In this document: positions 58,222 through 64,000 of the stretch, one piece after another
Layout of the letters: each line of letters opens with the position of its first letter
How positions within the stretch are numbered: position 1 is the stretch's first letter
Assembly: GCA_038214755.1 (NCBI GenBank)
Contig: JBBQRQ010000007.1
Span: 21,298-85,297, forward strand
DNA length: 64,000 bases
Origin: Verrucomicrobiota bacterium
Lineage (GTDB): Bacteria > Verrucomicrobiota > Verrucomicrobiia > Limisphaerales > CANJXF01
Direction: 5' to 3'
Notes under the pieces: generated by a model
Database searches by the model: none
What the model was told of the DNA's origin: nothing
The model's input: only the letters and a program-made list of their open reading frames with translations
Made by a program: the position numbers and the translations under genes

Positions 58222-61200
58222 GTGAAGCCGATTGCTTTGAATCGAACTACATTCCTACTCATCCTGGCATTGACAGTGAATGGTGTTGCCACCCTCCATA
58301 GTGACAATGTTAATTTTGCCCGCGACATACAGCCGATTTTCATCAAGCGGTGCTACGAATGTCACGGACCGGACAAACAGAAAAGCGAGCTTCGCTTGGA
58401 CAAAAAAAGTGCGGCCTTTCACGGCGGCAAATCGGGCAAGCCAATTTTGGTCGCAGGTAAAAGCGCCGAAAGCCAGCTTATTGAGCGTGTCACTTCGCAA
58501 GACCCGGACGAAGTGATGCCTTCAAAGGGTGAACGGTTGAACTCGCAGCAGATCGACTTGTTGAAGGCTTGGATTGATCAAGGCGCAGTTTGGCCGGAGG
58601 AAAAACAACATTGGGCGTTCAGCAAACCGGTGCGGCCGGCATTGCCTGGAGTAAAAAATAAAATCTGGCCGCGCAACGAAATCGACGCCTTCATTCTTGC
58701 GCGTTTGGAGCAGGAAAGATTGTCGCCTTCACCCGAAGCAGATCGGGCCATCTTAATCCGGCGGCTGAGCCTTGATCTCACCGGCTTGCCGCCTACCATC
58801 GCAGAAGTGGATGCCTTCTTGAACGACCGCAGCGATCAGGCCTACGAAATAGTCGTCGATCGACTGCTCGCCTCAAAACATTACGGCGAACACGTTGCTC
58901 GCGGGTGGCTGGACCTGGCACGCTATGCCGATTCCAACGGCTACCAAGTAGACTTGGCGCGCTCGATGTGGCCCTACCGTGAATGGGTGATTAACGCCTT
59001 CAACCGCAATCTGCCGTTCGACCAATTTACAATTGAGCAACTGGCGGGTGACCTTTTGCCAAATGCCGCGCTGGAGCAGAAGATCGCCACCGGCTTCAAC
59101 CGCAACACCAAGTCGAATGATGAAGGCGGCGGTGACGACGAAGAATATCGCACCAAGGCAGTCAAGGACCGCGTCGCGACCACTGCGTCCACCTGGCTGG
59201 GTCTCACCATGATGTGTGCCGAATGCCACACGCACAAATACGATCCCATTTCCCAGGAGGACTATTATCGTTTCTATGCCATTTTCAACAACACGGCTGA
59301 TCGCGGCAACGGTAACGAGCCGAGTATTCCCGTCCCTGCGCCTGTTTTGAAGCCCAGAGTTGATTACCTCCATTCGCGCCTTGCCCGATTGAAAGAGGAA
59401 TTGGCGGAAGCGGAACGGAATTTACCCGCAGAGCAAGAAGCGTGGGAACGAAAGATCGCCGGCCGGACGAACGTTTGGATGACGTTAAATTTGACGAAGG
59501 CAATTTCCACAGGTGGGGCCACCTTTACGAACCTGCCCGATCAATCGATTCTCGCCACCGGTATCAACCCAACCTACGACACTTACCAGATCGGGGCCGA
59601 GACCGGTCTTCAAAACATCACGGCGATCTTGCTCGAGGTTTTGCCTGATCCGAGCCTGCCCAAAAACGGTCCGGGCCGGTGGGGTCAGACTGGCAACTTC
59701 ATTTTGGATGAACTCGGGATGACGGCGGCACCGAAGTCAGAAGATGGGATTACTCCGAGTACGATCTTCTTCGGCAGGGCGACCGCTGATTGGGAACAGC
59801 AGTATTATCGTGCCGAACATGCGGTTGATCACAATCCGAAAACCGGCTGGGCGATCGGCCCCAGGTTCGGCCAGCGGCATTTTCTTATCGCCGAGTTGAA
59901 GGAGCCGGTGCGTTTTGACTCGGGCGCGAAACTCGGTTTCCGATTCGACTCGTACCACGGCAACAACCACACCGTTGGTCGCCTGCGGCTCTCGGTCACG
60001 AGCGAGCCTGATCCATCAAAGCTTTGGCCGCTGCCTGCCCAGGTCGTCGACTTGCTTGCTGTTCCGGCAGAGCAACGGACCCCGGAGCAAAAGCGTCAGC
60101 TTGCCGCTCACTACCGCGCGGTGTCGCCGGCCATTCGCGCCCTGGAGCGGGAAATCTTCCGGCTCAACGAGCGCGAAGCCGAGCTTGCGAATCCGAGGTT
60201 CACGACGCATTTCCCCGAACTGGCGGAGATGAGGTTCACCACGCTGGTCATGAAGGAACTCGAGACACCCCGGACGACGTTCGTCCACGAGCGTGGAGAC
60301 TTTTTAACCAAGGGCAAGGAGGTCGCACCCGGCACCCCGGCGATTCTTCCGCCGTTGTCGGATGATCAGCCGGCAAATCGTCTTGCCTTGGCTCGCTGGC
60401 TGGTCCGGGCGGACAATCCGCTCACGGCTCGCGTGACGGTAAATCGTTTTTGGGAACGTTTCTTTGGCACGGGCATCGTCAAGACGAGTGAAGATTTCGG
60501 CAAACAAGGCGAGCTCCCATGGCACCCTGAACTCCTCGACTGGCTTGCCTGCGAATTCATGCAACCTTCCGCTGCCCACCGTGCTTGGGACGTCAAACAC
60601 ATCCTTAAACTCATCGTTATGTCGACGACTTATCGCCAAAGCCCGGCGGCGGATGACAGGATTCTCGACAAAGATCCCTATAACCGTCTGCTGGCTCGCG
60701 GGCCGCGGTTTCGCATGGACGCCGAGATGATCCGCGACCAGGCACTGGCGATCAGCGGCCTTCTGAATCCGGAGGTTGGCGGACCGAGCGTTTTTCCGGT
60801 GCAAGTCCCTAATTTGTGGAAGGAACTCGGTTTCCTCCGCCCAGAAATTGGCATGGACGAATGGCCCACGAGTGAAGGACCAGACCTTTATCGACGCGCG
60901 CTCTACACGTTCTGGCGTCGCGTCTGCACTTATCCGACATTCGCGACGTTCGACGCACCGAGCCGCGAGGTCTGCGTTTCGCGGCGTCCACGCGCCAACA
61001 CACCTCTGCAAGCACTGGCCGCCTTGAATGAACCGACCCTGCTGGAAGCCGCGCGGATGTTGGCGCAACGAATTTTGCTCGAGGGTAGTTCTGATCCCAA
61101 CCAACAAATTGAGTATGCGTTTCGTCTTTGTCTGGCTCGGACTCCCACCAAGGTTGAACGGCAGCGGCTGGTGAATCTTTACGAGGAGCAGTTGAAAGGT

Positions 61201-61347
61201 TTTGAGCTCGATGTGAAATCGGCGAGTGATTTGGTGAGCCAGGGCACCGCTAAGCGCCCGGCCAACCTGGACATTCGCAAATTGGCCGCGTGGATGATAG
61301 TGGCCAATGTGTTATTAAATTTGGACGAGACTCTCACAAAAGGTTAG
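58222..61347 (+). CDS. Planctomycete cytochrome c + DUF1549 (PSCyt2) + DUF1553 (PSD1) protein
   Basis: [60 protein letters not shown]. Confidence 0.93.
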   Translation: MKPIALNRTTFLLILALTVNGVATLHSDNVNFARDIQPIFIKRCYECHGPDKQKSELRLDKKSAAFHGGKSGKPILVAGKSAESQLIERVTSQDPDEVMPSKGERLNSQQIDLLKAWIDQGAVWPEEKQHWAFSKPVRPALPGVKNKIWPRNEIDAFILARLEQERLSPSPEADRAILIRRLSLDLTGLPPTIAEVDAFLNDRSDQAYEIVVDRLLASKHYGEHVARGWLDLARYADSNGYQVDLARSMWPYREWVINAFNRNLPFDQFTIEQLAGDLLPNAALEQKIATGFNRNTKSNDEGGGDDEEYRTKAVKDRVATTASTWLGLTMMCAECHTHKYDPISQEDYYRFYAIFNNTADRGNGNEPSIPVPAPVLKPRVDYLHSRLARLKEELAEAERNLPAEQEAWERKIAGRTNVWMTLNLTKAISTGGATFTNLPDQSILATGINPTYDTYQIGAETGLQNITAILLEVLPDPSLPKNGPGRWGQTGNFILDELGMTAAPKSEDGITPSTIFFGRATADWEQQYYRAEHAVDHNPKTGWAIGPRFGQRHFLIAELKEPVRFDSGAKLGFRFDSYHGNNHTVGRLRLSVTSEPDPSKLWPLPAQVVDLLAVPAEQRTPEQKRQLAAHYRAVSPAIRALEREIFRLNEREAELANPRFTTHFPELAEMRFTTLVMKELETPRTTFVHERGDFLTKGKEVAPGTPAILPPLSDDQPANRLALARWLVRADNPLTARVTVNRFWERFFGTGIVKTSEDFGKQGELPWHPELLDWLACEFMQPSAAHRAWDVKHILKLIVMSTTYRQSPAADDRILDKDPYNRLLARGPRFRMDAEMIRDQALAISGLLNPEVGGPSVFPVQVPNLWKELGFLRPEIGMDEWPTSEGPDLYRRALYTFWRRVCTYPTFATFDAPSREVCVSRRPRANTPLQALAALNEPTLLEAARMLAQRILLEGSSDPNQQIEYAFRLCLARTPTKVERQRLVNLYEEQLKGFELDVKSASDLVSQGTAKRPANLDIRKLAAWMIVANVLLNLDETLTKG

Positions 61348-61349
61348 TT

Positions 61350-62795
61350 ATGTTTGGGCCTGATTTGGAAAACTTAAAGTACGTCACCCGGCGAAAATTT
61401 TTTCAACAATGCGGCACCGGCATGGGCGCGCTGGCTCTGACTTCGTTACTTAATGAAAAGCTTTTCGCTGCATCCGCTAAAAACGCCGTTGGTTCAACGC
61501 CGGCCGGTCCGCATTTCGCCCCCAAAGCGAAAAATATTATTTACCTCTTCCAATCCGGCGGCCCCTCCCATCTCGACCTGTTTGACTACAAGCCGGAACT
61601 TATCAAACAAAATGGTAAGAAGATGCCGGATGAAATCTTGAAGAATATCCGGCTGGCGCAAATTGGCAAAGACGCCGCCTTGCTTGGGACCAATTACAAG
61701 TTTCAACAATATGGCACGTCTGGAGTGTGGCTCTCGGAACTGTTGCCGCATCTCTCGACCATTGTTGACGAAATCGCGTTTGTGCAAGGTTTTCATTCGG
61801 AAGCGTTCAACCATGATCCTGCCACGCTTTTCATGAACACCGGCGCGCAACTATCCGGACGGCCCAGCATGGGTTCGTGGTTCAGTTACGGGCTGGGCAG
61901 CGAAAACAAAGACTTGCCCGCATTCGTCGTGATGACGACCGGCGCTGGGCAACCGCTTACCAACAATTCCTGGAGCAGTGGATTCCTCCCGACGGTGCAT
62001 CAGGGCGTGCAACTTCGCTCGCAGGGCGATCCGGTGTTGTTCGTCTCGAATCCGGCCGGCTTGGGCGCGGCACGCCGCCGCCAATCTCTGGACGCGGTGC
62101 GCGACCTGAACCAGATGCGCTACGATGTATTGCGCGACCCGGAAATCGCCACTCGCATTTCTGCTTACGAACTGGCTTATCGAATGCAGACCAGTGTGCC
62201 CGACGTAATGGACATTTCCAAAGAGCCACAAGGCATGCACGAAAAATACGGCACGACGCCGGGCCGCGCTTCCTTTGCGAATAATTGTCTCCTTGCGCGC
62301 CGACTGGTGGAACGCGGCGTGCGCTTCGTTCAATTGTATCACCGTGGCTGGGACCACCACGGGGGCCCGGATGGCAACCTGATCTTCGATCTGAAAAAAC
62401 GTTGCCTCGAAACCGATCAGCCAACGGTCGCGCTGATTAGAGACCTCAAGGAGCGCGGCCTGCTGGAAGAAACCTTGATTGTCTGGGGCGGTGAATTTGG
62501 TCGGACGCCGATGATGCAGGGAAAACTGCAGCCCGACGAGTTAGGCCGCGACCATCACCCACACGGATACACCGTCTGGCTCGCTGGCGGCGGCATCAAA
62601 CCAGGGATTGCCTACGGCAAGACGGATGACTTCGGTTTTTATGCAACCGAAAACAAAGTCCACGTCCACGATCTGCACGCAACGATTCTGCACCTGTTTG
62701 GCTTAAACCACACTAAATTGACTTACCAATTCCAAGGCCGCGATTATCGCCTGACCGACGTGCACGGCGAGGTTGTAAAAGGTCTCCTGGCATAA
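61350..62795 (+). CDS. DUF1501 (sulfatase-like, Tat-exported) protein
   Basis: TRRKFF, GGPSHLDLFDYKP, ARRLVERGVRFVQ, WDHH, GEFGRTP, GRDHHP; start at ATG 61350. Confidence 0.93.
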   Translation: MFGPDLENLKYVTRRKFFQQCGTGMGALALTSLLNEKLFAASAKNAVGSTPAGPHFAPKAKNIIYLFQSGGPSHLDLFDYKPELIKQNGKKMPDEILKNIRLAQIGKDAALLGTNYKFQQYGTSGVWLSELLPHLSTIVDEIAFVQGFHSEAFNHDPATLFMNTGAQLSGRPSMGSWFSYGLGSENKDLPAFVVMTTGAGQPLTNNSWSSGFLPTVHQGVQLRSQGDPVLFVSNPAGLGAARRRQSLDAVRDLNQMRYDVLRDPEIATRISAYELAYRMQTSVPDVMDISKEPQGMHEKYGTTPGRASFANNCLLARRLVERGVRFVQLYHRGWDHHGGPDGNLIFDLKKRCLETDQPTVALIRDLKERGLLEETLIVWGGEFGRTPMMQGKLQPDELGRDHHPHGYTVWLAGGGIKPGIAYGKTDDFGFYATENKVHVHDLHATILHLFGLNHTKLTYQFQGRDYRLTDVHGEVVKGLLA

Positions 62796-62893
62796 ATTCA
62801 CTTTTCGAATTGTTTCGTCGTGGCTCACCTTCACGCGTTCGAACCCCCGCTGCTTAAGCGGAGATCGTCCAGCTTTGGCCCGCGATCATCGAA

Positions 62894-63932
62894 GTTTCAA
62901 TCCGCGCTCCGTGACGAATCACGGAGCGACTAATCGGACGTTTAATTTCCCGACACCGCACGAAGTTTCAATCCGCGCTCCGTGACGAATCACGGAGCGA
63001 CGTGAAGTGCGCGATTCGATCTTTCACAAGAACAGTGTTTCAATCCGCGCTCCGTGACGAATCACGGAGCGACGCGTTGCTCAACTCACGCCTGGCGAAC
63101 CTGAGGTTGGTTTCAATCCGCGCTCCGTGACGAATCACGGAGCGACTGGACGATTACGATTACGTGCTTGTTCCGTTGGGCGTTTCAATCCGCGCTCCGT
63201 GACGAATCACGGAGCGACTTTGGCCGCGCTGTCTTCCGTCCCGCCCGTGACGTGTTTCAATCCGCGCTCCGTGACGAATCACGGAGCGACCAGCCGGTCA
63301 GCGCGGAATTCACAGCGAGCAATGCGTTTCAATCCGCGCTCCGTGACGAATCACGGAGCGACGCTCGATTCCGAGGAGTCACAGGCATGCCAGAGAGTTT
63401 CAATCCGCGCTCCGTGACGAATCACGGAGCGACGCTCTCTTTGCGGTGATTCGCCAGTTGCAAAGGGGTTTCAATCCGCGCTCCGTGACGAATCACGGAG
63501 CGACACACCTATTTGCAGGATGCGGGGGCGGAATACTCGTTTCAATCCGCGCTCCGTGACGAATCACGGAGCGACTGGACGTGATGATCGCGAGCATTGT
63601 CCAGTACACGTTTCAATCCGCGCTCCGTGACGAATCACGGAGCGACCGGCTCTTTCAACTGGCTTTGGCCCATTTGCGTTGTTTCAATCCGCGCTCCGTG
63701 ACGAATCACGGAGCGACAGGACGAACGTTACATGAACGAGGCCGAGACGAACCGTTTCAATCCGCGCTCCGTGACGAATCACGGAGCGACCTGGTAGCCC
63801 ATTGGGTTGGCCGTGGCCACGTCCGTTTCAATCCGCGCTCCGTGACGAATCACGGAGCGACACCAATGTCCCCGAACCTGAGACAACACTCCCGAGTTTC
63901 AATCCGCGCTCCGTGACGAATCACGGAGCGAC
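62894..63932 (-). CRISPR. CRISPR array, 15 identical 37-bp repeats and 14 spacers (34-36 nt), type I-C-like
   Basis: Repeat GTTTCAATCCGCGCTCCGTGACGAATCACGGAGCGAC starting at 62894, 62965, 63037, 63110, 63182, 63254, 63326, 63397, 63468, 63539, 63610, 63681, 63754, 63825 and 63896; the minus strand ends in ATTGAAAC. Confidence 0.98.
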
Positions 63933-64000
63933 CCCTGGACATGTAAAGTCTTTACGAAACTGAAGAGGTGTCAAAACCCGCACCTGTACGAAAAACGGAG
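63933..64000 (-). promoter_or_regulatory. Probable CRISPR leader (partial)
   Basis: Non-repeat, AT-richer sequence on the 5' side of the minus-strand repeats; no further repeat within 68 nt. Confidence 0.5.

Noticed and set aside
62931..63895. Self-targeting spacers
   Set aside because: No match to the window noticed by eye; a BLASTN-short search is needed to exclude it.
63127..63916. ORFs inside the CRISPR array
   Set aside because: They are translations of repeats and spacers (FNPRSVTNHGAT repeats), not genes.

Overview
Bacterial window that looks like Verrucomicrobiota/PVC DNA: it carries PSCyt/PSD1 (DUF1549/DUF1553) and DUF1501 genes, PVC-type CxxCH dehydrogenases and prepilin-type H-X9-DG proteins. 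There are four parts. (1) 1-30434: a long minus-strand carbohydrate/sugar-acid catabolic cluster, with a divergent GntR regulator at 31138-31779. (2) About 31780-38880: an AT-richer island with a large serine recombinase, an XRE regulator, a RuvC-like ORF, hicBA, two further hicA copies, DUF2188 and an IS5 element. (3) 38956-62795: a plus-strand cluster led by a propeller histidine kinase/LuxR response regulator pair, with secreted discoidin-like repeat proteins, a sulfatase, a GH29 fucosidase and tandem prepilin-type genes. (4) 62894-63932: a 15-repeat type I-C-like CRISPR array with no cas genes in view. The most striking signal is in the island. A tRNA-3'-like site lies inside the 3' end of the recombinase gene and recurs twice downstream. 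Each copy is followed by an in-frame alternative recombinase C-terminal tail and toxin/antitoxin cargo, which suggests a tail-swapping, cassette-accreting serine recombinase array. All family assignments come from motif recognition by eye; no searches were run.
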